64,000 nt of DNA, taken from an uncultured Bacteroidota bacterium. GTDB lineage: Bacteria > Bacteroidota > Bacteroidia > Bacteroidales > VadinHA17. The translations under genes and the position numbers were made by a program. The notes below the pieces were generated by a model that saw only the letters and a list, made by a program, of their open reading frames with translations, ran no database searches and was not told the DNA's origin. This document shows positions 1-8,770 of the stretch, in pieces. Position 1 is the stretch's first letter, and the number at the start of each line of letters is the position of its first letter. The stretch spans positions 19,118 to 83,117 of the forward strand of contig CAIMVD010000267.1 in assembly GCA_903844815.1 (NCBI GenBank), in the 5' to 3' direction.

Positions 1-96
1 TAAGAAAGATGATCCGGTATTCGATTAACAGGCTGATATCCCTTATTGAAGCTTTTCTGAGCCTAATTTCCGACTTGTTGAGTTTCATTGAAATGA

Positions 97-945
97 TCAT
101 TTTTCGTTGTAAAGATTCTGAATTTCCTCCCTTGTGAGTGTTCTGTTGTAAATACGCAGTTCATCAAGTACACCGTTAAAATGATTATTGCTTCCTGCAC
201 CGCACGACAAGTTATTTCCAATATACACAGGTTCATTTGTGCTGTCGAAATATGATGAATACTCCCTTGTTTTCGTTGTGCAAAGAGTGCCGTTAAGCCA
301 TACTTCCAAATCAGTTTCCGAAACATTAATAACGCAATGTGTCCAGACTCCAATCTCAATCCGTTTTGGATTTGAGATAGTCCATAATGCGGGATTGGAA
401 GGATAAACTAACAGTTCTGCTGCCTCAAACCACGATTTTACATTATCATGGATGGCCGAGGAATAACCTTCTTTATAAAATGCAGCAGCCAGACGGTTAT
501 CGGTTCTTGCCTCATAAGGACCGAAGGAGTAAATCAGAAAGCACTTTGAGTTTGTACTCATACTGTATTTCCCAATTATGACACCACTGTTTTCTGTTCC
601 GGAAGCCCCTCTTGATTTCATCCAAAAGGAAAAAGTTAATCCTTTTTCAGAGTTAATAGTCCTTTTTAATTGAATATAGTCAGAAGTGCCGTTGAAATCG
701 AGAGCTTTTCCCCGTTTTCCTGTGACATAATTTCCAGTTGTGTAATCAATGCCATGATTCCCGTTTCCCGCAGCATCTTTTACGTTTCCGTTAAAAGGAT
801 AATAAAATATAAGTCCATCTTCAAGAGAATCTGACTCTTTCGTGCACGAAAAAAGAAAAGCAGATGACAGCATAATGCAAATTGCAATTGTATGCACAAC
901 TAATGACAATCGTCTGTAAGAATTGTCGTTTATAAAGTTTTTCAT
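97..945 (-). CDS. LamG / concanavalin A-like lectin domain lipoprotein
   Basis: 282-aa ORF. N-terminal hydrophobic signal ends in a lipobox-like LFSC. The C-terminal NHFNGVLDELRIYNRTLTREEI is the typical end of Laminin_G_3-type domains. Confidence 0.6.
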   Translation of the reverse strand: MKNFINDNSYRRLSLVVHTIAICIMLSSAFLFSCTKESDSLEDGLIFYYPFNGNVKDAAGNGNHGIDYTTGNYVTGKRGKALDFNGTSDYIQLKRTINSEKGLTFSFWMKSRGASGTENSGVIIGKYSMSTNSKCFLIYSFGPYEARTDNRLAAAFYKEGYSSAIHDNVKSWFEAAELLVYPSNPALWTISNPKRIEIGVWTHCVINVSETDLEVWLNGTLCTTKTREYSSYFDSTNEPVYIGNNLSCGAGSNNHFNGVLDELRIYNRTLTREEIQNLYNEK

Positions 946-961
946 CTCTTAACAGGATTAT

Positions 962-1156
962 TCATTTATTGTTTTTTTGTTCACCAGTCATGAATTCACG
1001 TCGCCCTTCAATAACCAATCCTGCGGCCACAAAGATAACAAGCAGGAATACCAGGATTTTCCTCCTTTCTGAATGGACTTCAATAGTTATCAGATAAGTG
1101 AGTAAAACAAGAACCATCCATTTGAACACGTAAAACAGAACTTTCCATTTCTTCAT
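962..1156 (-). CDS. small two-TM membrane protein (hypothetical)
   Basis: 64-aa ORF with two clear hydrophobic helices separated by a basic loop (HSERRK). No recognisable family. Confidence 0.3.
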   Translation of the reverse strand: MKKWKVLFYVFKWMVLVLLTYLITIEVHSERRKILVFLLVIFVAAGLVIEGRREFMTGEQKNNK

Positions 1157-1395
1157 GTCATTAATTTTTTAATGAACGATTTTAAAATACCAGTGAAAAT
1201 ATATTTAGCAGCTAATCAAAAAGACACTGAATAAATTTACAAATTATCTCCCGATAATTATCCGGTTTATTATTAAAAAATTGACAGGGATAATGCAGAT
1301 TACCAATGTTTATATCTCTTATGTCCCTTTTTAATGAAACAAATTTTTTTATCAACTTTTCTATCAAGCCTAAAATCAAAAAATATCATAAAGGG

Positions 1396-2205
1396 CTACT
1401 TTTTGTAAAAATTAGTACTCTCAAAGATCTTATCAGCCGACTTTGCAATGAACCCACTGTAGAGATTTCCAGCCTGATCGTGAAACCGCTGGGCAAACTC
1501 GTAGTAACATGAAGGAATTTCATATTCACCTTCAATAAATTTTACTTTTACAATATCGGCCATTGTGCTCGATTGCTGCAGCAGTTCTTCGGGTGTCCCC
1601 TTTACTTCACCTCCGGCGCTGTTAAGGATGAAACCGTTTTTTTTCAATAATTCATTTACCTTATAAATGTCATTGTATCTGGTAAGTGAGTTTATTGATA
1701 CTGTGAAATGATTTGCCCTGAATCCGAAAACATAGAACCAGGCAGCGTATTCCGACTCTTCTCTGAGTTTATTATAAATTTCAAATGAGGGAGAATTGAG
1801 AATTGGCCCTGAAAAGATAAGGTCATCAGAGGTAAAACTATTATTGTCGGCCTTTTCAATCAAATCATTGAATATGTTTTGGATAAATGGCGAACACTCC
1901 GGGAGTAAAAGCTGACTTATGAATACACGCGGAGCTTTTTTATCTCCCGGCAATTCAAAATGCCTGGCAAAAAGGTGTTTGTCTTTGAATTCATACTCCC
2001 CTGCCGGTACGTAACCGTTTTTAATAAACTGTTTTGCCAGAACATCTATACTCACAGGAGGATAATTAATAGTTCTGAAAGCAATATGGTCATTTACAAC
2101 GGTTTCTCCCTCATCGGAAAAAAGATTGTAGATTTTTGCGGCCGACGGATTCTGTGAGGTATAATCGGTCCAGAGTCGGTTCAGGATATAATCAAGTTTC
2201 ATCAT
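1396..2205 (-). CDS. DUF1338 family metalloenzyme (HglS/YdcJ-like 2-oxoadipate dioxygenase/decarboxylase family)
   Basis: 269 aa. The N-terminal LWTDYTSQNPSAAKIYNLF...NDHIAFRT block is characteristic of DUF1338 proteins. Confidence 0.6.
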   Translation of the reverse strand: MMKLDYILNRLWTDYTSQNPSAAKIYNLFSDEGETVVNDHIAFRTINYPPVSIDVLAKQFIKNGYVPAGEYEFKDKHLFARHFELPGDKKAPRVFISQLLLPECSPFIQNIFNDLIEKADNNSFTSDDLIFSGPILNSPSFEIYNKLREESEYAAWFYVFGFRANHFTVSINSLTRYNDIYKVNELLKKNGFILNSAGGEVKGTPEELLQQSSTMADIVKVKFIEGEYEIPSCYYEFAQRFHDQAGNLYSGFIAKSADKIFESTNFYKK

Positions 2206-2288
2206 AACAAAATTTGCTGGTTATATAAAACATTTTTCATCATAATAACGGCATTTATTTCCGGTTATTTGAATGAGAATCAATCATC

Positions 2289-3197
2289 TCATTCCATAGT
2301 GTCAGGTTCGAAGAAAATCCAGTGAATAGATGGATTATCCTTTCTGAGGTCTGATTCACATTTATTAATGTTTGAAATTAGCTCGTCAGCGGTATCGACC
2401 TTTATCATCCTGGCCTTAACAGCAACCATTACCTGCGGACCAAGTTGAAGGGTAATAAGATTAAGGACCCGTTCAATTTCCGGCCTCCCTTCAAGAAAGA
2501 TCATAATCTCATCCCTGGTTTTACTGTCGGCACTTTGTCCAATCAGCAGACTTTTAACTTTTATTCCAAGAAAGAAAGAGACAAATATCAGAAGAACTCC
2601 GATTCCGATACTTCCTATTGCATCATAAACAGGGTTTCCGGTTACTAAGGAAAGAATAATTGCAAAGAGTGCGAAGGCGAGTCCCAGCAAAGCGGCAGTA
2701 TCCTCCCCAAAAACAACAACAAGTTCGCTCTGCCTGCTGTTTTTAAGCCAGGTCCACATTGATTCATTATTCCTCAGCTTATTGATTTGTACAATACATC
2801 CGTAAAGTGAAGCTGCTTCAAAAACCATGCTTACCGATAAAACCACTATTGCAATTAGCGGATTCTTTAGTCCCTCATGCAGACTTATTTTATGTATCCC
2901 TTCATAAATTGAGAACAATCCTCCCATACTGAAGAGGACCAGGGCAACCACAAACGACCAGAAATAAATCTCCTTTCCGTATCCGAGCGGGTGCTCACTA
3001 TCGGGCTTCTTCTTTGAAGCTTTTAAACCCCAGAAGAGCAACCCCTGGTTTCCGCAATCGGCATAGGAGTGGATCGACTCGGCCAGCATTGCCCCGGAAC
3101 CTGTAAGAATGGCTGCAACGGTTTTTGTAATTGCAATTCCAAGGTTTGCCAAAAGAGCAAAAAGAATTGATTTTTTTGAAGCGTCCTGATGTGGCAT
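2289..3197 (-). CDS. cation diffusion facilitator (CDF) family metal efflux transporter
   Basis: 302 aa with six hydrophobic segments. CDF signature region HSYADCGNQGLLFWGLKASKKKPDSEHPLGYGKEIYFWSF, plus a C-terminal cytoplasmic domain. Confidence 0.8.
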   Translation of the reverse strand: MPHQDASKKSILFALLANLGIAITKTVAAILTGSGAMLAESIHSYADCGNQGLLFWGLKASKKKPDSEHPLGYGKEIYFWSFVVALVLFSMGGLFSIYEGIHKISLHEGLKNPLIAIVVLSVSMVFEAASLYGCIVQINKLRNNESMWTWLKNSRQSELVVVFGEDTAALLGLAFALFAIILSLVTGNPVYDAIGSIGIGVLLIFVSFFLGIKVKSLLIGQSADSKTRDEIMIFLEGRPEIERVLNLITLQLGPQVMVAVKARMIKVDTADELISNINKCESDLRKDNPSIHWIFFEPDTME

Positions 3198-3383
3198 TTA
3201 TTGTTCAGCTTTTAGAAGAGACATAATACTTTTCGGTAATCCCAACCATTTTGGGTTCCAGGTTTAATCAATAACAAATGAAATGAAAATTTTCTGATTA
3301 AGGATTATTTCACAGTTAATTGATAGGCTTTGATCATTTGCCTGGCTACACTGAATCAATATTTGGTAAAATCTGCCTCTGAA

Positions 3384-3785
3384 TTATTCGTTACTTATCC
3401 AAATTGCAAGGACTTTCAGGTAATCGGAGTTTACTGACTCAACATCCAGGTCATAAGTTGCCGTTCCTCCCCAGTAACCCACTTCAACCCTGATTAAAGT
3501 ATCGTTTAAAATCGTCCATTTCCCGCGATAATCTGAATAAGTAATGGGCGGAGTCCCGCACCATCCTGCATTCTTTCTTTCCATGAGAGTGCCATCTGAA
3601 TTAAACTTGTAACCAGGGTTGTCGGAAAATTCGTTACCCCTAGTGTATACCTGGGTATTGTCTATATATTCTGAATAATTCCATACCCCAAGAATCAGGT
3701 TATCAGGGTCGATTTCTATTTTGTCCTTTGTGCAGGATAAAAGAATAAAGGTTAGAATAATTGAAAGCAGACTAAGTTTTTTCAT
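3384..3785 (-). CDS. lipocalin-like domain lipoprotein (alternative internal start within ORF 3384..4181)
   Basis: The internal ATG at 3785..3783 opens a textbook lipoprotein signal, MKKLSLLSIILTFILLSCTKDK. It is followed by an LILGVWNY motif and a ~110-aa beta-rich domain typical of lipocalin-like lipoproteins. Confidence 0.5.
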   Translation of the reverse strand: MKKLSLLSIILTFILLSCTKDKIEIDPDNLILGVWNYSEYIDNTQVYTRGNEFSDNPGYKFNSDGTLMERKNAGWCGTPPITYSDYRGKWTILNDTLIRVEVGYWGGTATYDLDVESVNSDYLKVLAIWISNE

Positions 3786-4181
3786 AATTGCAGCAATAAT
3801 ACTTAAATCCTGCACAAGAATTATACCAAAATAGAATGATATTTTATACTCATCTTTCAACCTGAACCAGTTTAAGAAACCCTCAGGTTCTGTTTCCATT
3901 TTTGAACAGGTCATTGGCCGGGCATCCTGATTCTCACTGACCCTGCCTTTGCCAAATCCGCATGTCTTGCCCCAGTAATAGCAATTGATACAATGCCTGC
4001 TTAATAACCTGTACTCAAAAGCTACAATGTAAAACAAATAGATGATCGCCACAATCCATCCCAGATAAGACATGATAAGAAATCCGGAACAGTAAATTAG
4101 GAATGTGACCAGGTTGGATAGAATAACTATCCTTGCAGGAAAATTCGAATAAGTTTTACCCGTTAACGTGTATATCTCCAT
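3384..4181 (-). CDS. composite ORF: N-terminal Cys-motif membrane module continuing in frame into a lipocalin-like lipoprotein
   Basis: 265-aa uninterrupted ORF. Residues 1-132 contain 2-3 hydrophobic helices and CINCYYWGKTC. The start ATG (4181..4179) overlaps the TAA of the upstream gene by 1 nt. See the internal start at 3785. Confidence 0.45.
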   Translation of the reverse strand: MEIYTLTGKTYSNFPARIVILSNLVTFLIYCSGFLIMSYLGWIVAIIYLFYIVAFEYRLLSRHCINCYYWGKTCGFGKGRVSENQDARPMTCSKMETEPEGFLNWFRLKDEYKISFYFGIILVQDLSIIAAIMKKLSLLSIILTFILLSCTKDKIEIDPDNLILGVWNYSEYIDNTQVYTRGNEFSDNPGYKFNSDGTLMERKNAGWCGTPPITYSDYRGKWTILNDTLIRVEVGYWGGTATYDLDVESVNSDYLKVLAIWISNE

Positions 4182-4699
4182 TAAACCAGTATTCCGTGAT
4201 CAATGCGGGTCAGCTCACCCATAACCATCTCTTTACCGTATGAGTCTTTTAAAAGATCAAAAGGCTTCTGGTTTCCAAGGGCATAATTTCGTGTTTCAAG
4301 CCAAAGTTTAAGTTTTTCCTTGTCTCCAAAAACTTCAAGCCCCAGGTTGGTTACCTCTGCAATTTCCAGGATCTTTTCAGCATAAATTGGTTTGAAAAGG
4401 GTGTTTTGCTGCCGGTATCTCGAAAGGGATTTGCCGGAAATATTCAGATATTCTGCCCAGTCGCTCAGGGTTAAGGGGGTCATATCACTGATAAGTTCAA
4501 ACAATGAATAGGGAATACCCTTGCGGATGGCATAGACAAGGAACAGTTTATTTGAAAAAAAATCAGATAATGATAACTCTTCCGTTTGTCCAAAATATTG
4601 ATTCTCAAGTCCGCTATTCTTAAAAAAACTTCTGAATTCATCGGTAAGCCTTATGCTTTCTGTACTCATACCTTCTGCAATAGAATGAACCGGTTCCAT
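4181..4699 (-). CDS. Xre-family HTH / DUF2384 (ParS/MbcA-type) antitoxin-like protein
   Basis: 172 aa. HTH segment LTLSDWAEYLNISGKSLSRYRQQN, and C-terminal KLWLETRNYALGNQKPFDLLKDSYGKEMVMGELTRIDHGI typical of the toxin-binding DUF2384 domain. Confidence 0.75.
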   Translation of the reverse strand: MEPVHSIAEGMSTESIRLTDEFRSFFKNSGLENQYFGQTEELSLSDFFSNKLFLVYAIRKGIPYSLFELISDMTPLTLSDWAEYLNISGKSLSRYRQQNTLFKPIYAEKILEIAEVTNLGLEVFGDKEKLKLWLETRNYALGNQKPFDLLKDSYGKEMVMGELTRIDHGILV

Positions 4700-4821
4700 A
4701 ACAACGGAGACTGCTTTTTTCGACGGTTTGTAATGTGATCCTTCCTTTTACAACATGACTTCAAATTTCCAAACGATTATCCTCAAAAATAAGACATTTG
4801 TCCGACGAATACAAAACTAAT

Positions 4822-7800
4822 TTACATCTCATTGATTTCCTTTATCTTAACCGGACCAAACAATCCCGATGGCTGCAAGGGAGAATTCACGTTATAGGGG
4901 ATTACGAGAGTCCATGTCGCACGTTTTTCTGCCGGCAATTTAAGATCACCTATTAAACGATTCATCCAGGTATTCACAACAGAAATCTCAAGTTCATTGC
5001 TGCCAGGCCTGAGGAAATCAGTGATATCGATCTGCCATGGTGCTGTCCAGACACCTCCGGCATATTGACCATTGATCTTCACCTTTGCCATTGCAGTCAA
5101 TTGACCGACATTAAGAAGAAACTGTTTACCGGGCTGTATCTCCGGAATTGTTACCGTTATTCTGTAATCGGCTGTGCCTGAAAAGTATCTGATACTGTCA
5201 TTTTCCGAAAGAGTCCAGTCTTCAAGGTTTTTGAATTCCACAGGGTTTTTCGGTCCTCTTCTGGCATGATCGAAGGTCACATTCCAGGGACCCGGCAGAT
5301 CTGCAATAGTTTTACCTTCAGGAAAATTTGCAGCTAAATCAGCAACGGCAGAACCTTCAGCTCTCTTCCTGAAAATAATAAACTGACTTTCACCCGATTC
5401 GAGTTTTAAAGGAACAATAGTAGATTTCTGCTTTTGCGTAAATGCGGGCAAATCGCGAAGAGAACCTGACACAGAATTCCACACTTCGGGGCTTTTTCCT
5501 GTAATCCTGAATTCGGGAGTTATCGAAATTGTTGTATCGGACTGATTTGAGATAAAATAAATATCACCCTCCGACAAGGTCCGGTGAATAAAAAGTGCAG
5601 GACTACCATCTGCAATATGACAGTCGGGAAGTACTTTGATCAGATCGAACGCTTCCTGCATTTCCATTCCTGAAAGGATCATTCCTCTGCCAACTTTCCT
5701 GCTTTTTATTGTTATTCCATTAACAGCACCCCATAATTCATCTGCCATTTGTTTTAACTGCTTATCGGCTTCGGGATATCCCTGAAGGCTTGGTGAAAAT
5801 TCCGGCGCCGGACCGAGGACCACAGCTCCCTGTTCCACAAGTTCCTTAATTTTTCTCAGCAACTCAGGCCGCATGGTCTGAAGTTTTGGCAAAACAAGGA
5901 TACTATACTTCATCCCGTCAGGGAGAACAATTTTTCCGTCCTTTACTGACATTCTTTTCATTATCACTTCTCCATTGATATAATCGAAAGAATATCCTTT
6001 TGGCAGGGCAGGATCACATACTCCCGTCATCTTAGGCACATCCTCACCAATAAAATATGCTGCATCGGCTACATATTTTCCCTGCTGAAGCAAATAGTTA
6101 GTTCTTTTCAGATACTGAGTAAAGAGGTCTATCTGGCTGAACCAGGTGTTATGACGGTTAAACTCATTTCCGAACCAGGCATTAAGTCCGGGCTCCCTTT
6201 CGTCGGGCTGATGAATATAGACGTGCAGCAGGGTGTTGTTTATGCCTTCTGTGAAAAAACGGTCACCGCGACGTTTTAGAGTAGCCGGATACCGGGAAAA
6301 AGCATTCCCCGAACAAGTGAATGACTCAGCCGAGACCTTTGTCTTGCCATAAATATGAGCACTGGAAGAAGCTGCTCTGTTTTCGATATTTCCCAGGTCA
6401 CCCTCGCTCCAGAACTCCCCTCCAACTTCATCAGACTGCCCTCCATATTGTAGGAATTCTCCAGGGAAGCCCCAGTGCCCGTAGTTCTCGAGCCAGGTGG
6501 TCAGGCCATTCTGGTGACAAATGTCCCTTAATCCTCCAACGTAATCGTAAGAGACCTTATCGGCAATAATCCTCCTGAGATCCCACAAGAACCTGTCTGA
6601 AATATCCCTGCTACCAACCACATTTCCCTTTAATACAGGTATATATGCTACAGGACTGTAACCATACCTTAAGGTGAATTCTTCAATGAAGCCGTCGGTC
6701 CAGTTCTGGCTTCCGGTTTCATAACTGTCCTGAACGGCAACCCTGAACGTAGTGCGGTCTCCGGCAGGCACTCTTCGCAAAATTTCACCAAGGAAGGCAT
6801 CAAAGTGAGCTGCTATGTGCTTTTTACTCATCTTGTCGGCTTCAAGGCCGGTACCTTCGGGCGGAGCAGGACTATTAGTCTGACCTGTGGTTGTCATTCC
6901 GTTCTGCATTATGACCCAGCTGCCTTCAGGAATGCTCCACGTCAGAGTTCCGTCAGATGACATATTACCTGATAAGTCAATTACATTTTCCGGATCGATT
7001 ACAAATGATTTATCTTCCGGCTCCGGTTGAACGGGCCATAAGTAGTCGTGCCAGTAAGGCAGCGGTGTCTGGAACATTTTTGCAAGTGATTTTTCGGGAT
7101 ATCTCTCTACTTTTGGTACAGGAGAAAGTTCAACACCGGCTATTCCTCCGGCTTCAGTAACATCGCTTACAACCAGCCTGAAAGTCTTTGCTTTTGTATC
7201 GGGAATGGATATTACGACTGGTGCAAACGGATCGAAACCCACACTTACCGAGGGATTACTGCGGTTTATCTCAAAGCTCCTCAATAATCGGTAGTTTTCT
7301 CCTTCCTTAACAAAAAACTCACCTTTTGCTTTTGTTCTCTTTTCGGAAGTTTTAATATTAAGTGTCCGGACAATTGCCTCTTCTGTTGCTGTGAAATCTA
7401 CTGAGAAAATTTTTCCGGCCTGAAGCTGAACTTCAGTTAAATTATCATTATCAATTAGAAATGAAAGATTTGGGGTCTCAGGGTTGGATGTTATTACTGT
7501 TGATAATGTTCTGAATTTTTTCCCCGCTGAATCGGGAAGCTTATAGGCAATTACATTCACAAACTGAAAGTCTTTTGAAGGTACCGCCAGTTTTTCCTTA
7601 AACACTGCTGGTCCGGTAACATAGGTTTCGGACGAATTAAGGAAGCGCATCGACTGTTCATTCTTTATCCAGGGACCGCCCGACTGGCTCCAGCCCGGGG
7701 AGTTGAACATACCCACTTCAATGTTCAGTTCGGTTGCAGTTTTAAGTGCGGTATGGACCACGCTCCACCACTCATCGGAAAAGATCTTCACTTTCCCTGA

Positions 7801-8094
7801 AGGAATGTCTGTAAGTCCGATATTACCAATGAATACCCGGTTAATGCCTGCTCTTTTCATAGCCTGCAGATCCCTTACAACACCCTCTTCAGAAATATTG
7901 TCTGAGATCCAGTACCAGTAAACACTTGTCTGGATAGAATCAGGAATATTTGTAAAAGTGCTTTCAACCAGGTCAAATGAATTACCCGCCTGCGGCTCTG
8001 AGGAACAGGAATGAAGAGTTAATGACAGGAGGATACTGAATACCGGGAGGAGTATCCTATTTGCAGCTGAATCAAGAAAAGTGATTGTTCTCAT
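4822..8094 (-). CDS. large secreted glycoside hydrolase (GH106-like TIM barrel with C-terminal GH2-type sugar-binding domain); family assignment tentative
   Basis: The ORF extends to 8187, but the lipoprotein-type signal MRTITF...LSLTLHSCSS starts at ATG 8094. N-terminal VYWYWISDNISEEGVVRDLQAMKRAGINRVFIGNIG motif. C-terminal KINGQYAGGVWTAPWQIDITDFLRPGSNELEISVVNTWMNRLIGD. Confidence 0.65.
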   Translation of the reverse strand: MRTITFLDSAANRILLPVFSILLSLTLHSCSSEPQAGNSFDLVESTFTNIPDSIQTSVYWYWISDNISEEGVVRDLQAMKRAGINRVFIGNIGLTDIPSGKVKIFSDEWWSVVHTALKTATELNIEVGMFNSPGWSQSGGPWIKNEQSMRFLNSSETYVTGPAVFKEKLAVPSKDFQFVNVIAYKLPDSAGKKFRTLSTVITSNPETPNLSFLIDNDNLTEVQLQAGKIFSVDFTATEEAIVRTLNIKTSEKRTKAKGEFFVKEGENYRLLRSFEINRSNPSVSVGFDPFAPVVISIPDTKAKTFRLVVSDVTEAGGIAGVELSPVPKVERYPEKSLAKMFQTPLPYWHDYLWPVQPEPEDKSFVIDPENVIDLSGNMSSDGTLTWSIPEGSWVIMQNGMTTTGQTNSPAPPEGTGLEADKMSKKHIAAHFDAFLGEILRRVPAGDRTTFRVAVQDSYETGSQNWTDGFIEEFTLRYGYSPVAYIPVLKGNVVGSRDISDRFLWDLRRIIADKVSYDYVGGLRDICHQNGLTTWLENYGHWGFPGEFLQYGGQSDEVGGEFWSEGDLGNIENRAASSSAHIYGKTKVSAESFTCSGNAFSRYPATLKRRGDRFFTEGINNTLLHVYIHQPDEREPGLNAWFGNEFNRHNTWFSQIDLFTQYLKRTNYLLQQGKYVADAAYFIGEDVPKMTGVCDPALPKGYSFDYINGEVIMKRMSVKDGKIVLPDGMKYSILVLPKLQTMRPELLRKIKELVEQGAVVLGPAPEFSPSLQGYPEADKQLKQMADELWGAVNGITIKSRKVGRGMILSGMEMQEAFDLIKVLPDCHIADGSPALFIHRTLSEGDIYFISNQSDTTISITPEFRITGKSPEVWNSVSGSLRDLPAFTQKQKSTIVPLKLESGESQFIIFRKRAEGSAVADLAANFPEGKTIADLPGPWNVTFDHARRGPKNPVEFKNLEDWTLSENDSIRYFSGTADYRITVTIPEIQPGKQFLLNVGQLTAMAKVKINGQYAGGVWTAPWQIDITDFLRPGSNELEISVVNTWMNRLIGDLKLPAEKRATWTLVIPYNVNSPLQPSGLFGPVKIKEINEM

Positions 8095-8185
8095 TGAATT
8101 TTTATTTTTCAGATAAATATAATTGAAAAAGTGAACTATAGTACCTGAATAGCACACTAACGAAACGGGTTCGATCCTGTGTAAC

Positions 8186-8220
8186 AAGAAACGAGAAACC
8201 AGAAACGAGAAACCAGAAAC
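8186..8220. repeat. five tandem heptads NAGAAAC (two and a half copies of the 14-mer AGAAACGAGAAACC)
   Basis: Direct reading: aagaaac gagaaac cagaaac gagaaac cagaaac. It lies in the divergent region between the glycosidase and the ECF sigma gene. Confidence 0.9.
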
Positions 8221-8237
8221 AATAATTCGATTTTGCT

Positions 8238-8262
8238 GTAACTTTTCGTATCTTCCTTCGTC
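8238..8262 (+). promoter_or_regulatory. candidate ECF-type promoter (GTAAC-N16-CGTC) for the sigma operon
   Basis: GTAAC at 8238..8242, a 16-nt spacer, then CGTC at 8259..8262, 21 nt upstream of the sigma ATG. This fits the generic AAC/CGT architecture of autoregulated ECF promoters. Confidence 0.35.
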
Positions 8263-8282
8263 TTTGCATCGTAATCTGTAAT

Positions 8283-8768
8283 ATGACAGTTAAGGAATAT
8301 AATAAATCCGTGGAGGAGTATGCCGATGCAGTTTACCGGTTCATCCGGGCCGATCTGAAGGATGAAGAAAGGGCTAACGACATCGTTCAGGACAGTTTTG
8401 AGAAACTGTGGCGCCATGTTTCCGAGATTGAATATCCTGTCGTGAAATCGTGGCTTTTTACCACGGCTTACCGGAACATGATCGACATTATCAGGAAAGA
8501 GAAAAGGATGGTGCCAATGGAATCAGAATACGAGATGGATAGGGTCCATGATTCGAATTACAGCGACCTTAATGAAATCCTTCACATTGCGCTGGAGAGA
8601 CTCCCGGAACAACAGAAAACTCCTGTCCTGCTCCGTGACTATGAAGGTTACAGTTACAAAGAGATTGGAGAAATAACAGGACAATCGGAAGCCAGTGTGA
8701 AAATTAACATCTATCGCGGACGGATTGCCCTGAAAAATTATATTGGGAAAATTGAAACGGTTATTTAG
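8283..8768 (+). CDS. RNA polymerase ECF-type sigma-70 family factor
   Basis: 161 aa. Region 2 (DIVQDSFEKLWRH...WLFTTAYRNMIDIIRKEKR) and region 4 HTH (YSYKEIGEITGQSEASVKINIYRGRIALK). Confidence 0.85.
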   Translation: MTVKEYNKSVEEYADAVYRFIRADLKDEERANDIVQDSFEKLWRHVSEIEYPVVKSWLFTTAYRNMIDIIRKEKRMVPMESEYEMDRVHDSNYSDLNEILHIALERLPEQQKTPVLLRDYEGYSYKEIGEITGQSEASVKINIYRGRIALKNYIGKIETVI

Positions 8769-8770
8769 CC

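Noticed and set aside
8163-8185. The tRNA-like word GGGTTCGATCC suggested a tRNA gene or tRNA-derived attachment site.
   Set aside because: With a 7-nt T-loop the flanking bases do not form a 5-bp T-stem. No acceptor, D or anticodon arms can be drawn in the upstream 70 nt.
8095-8187. N-terminal extension of the glycosidase ORF (MLHRIEPVSLVCYSG...).
   Set aside because: The lipoprotein signal peptide begins at the internal Met (ATG 8094). The extension runs into the heptad repeat and promoter region.
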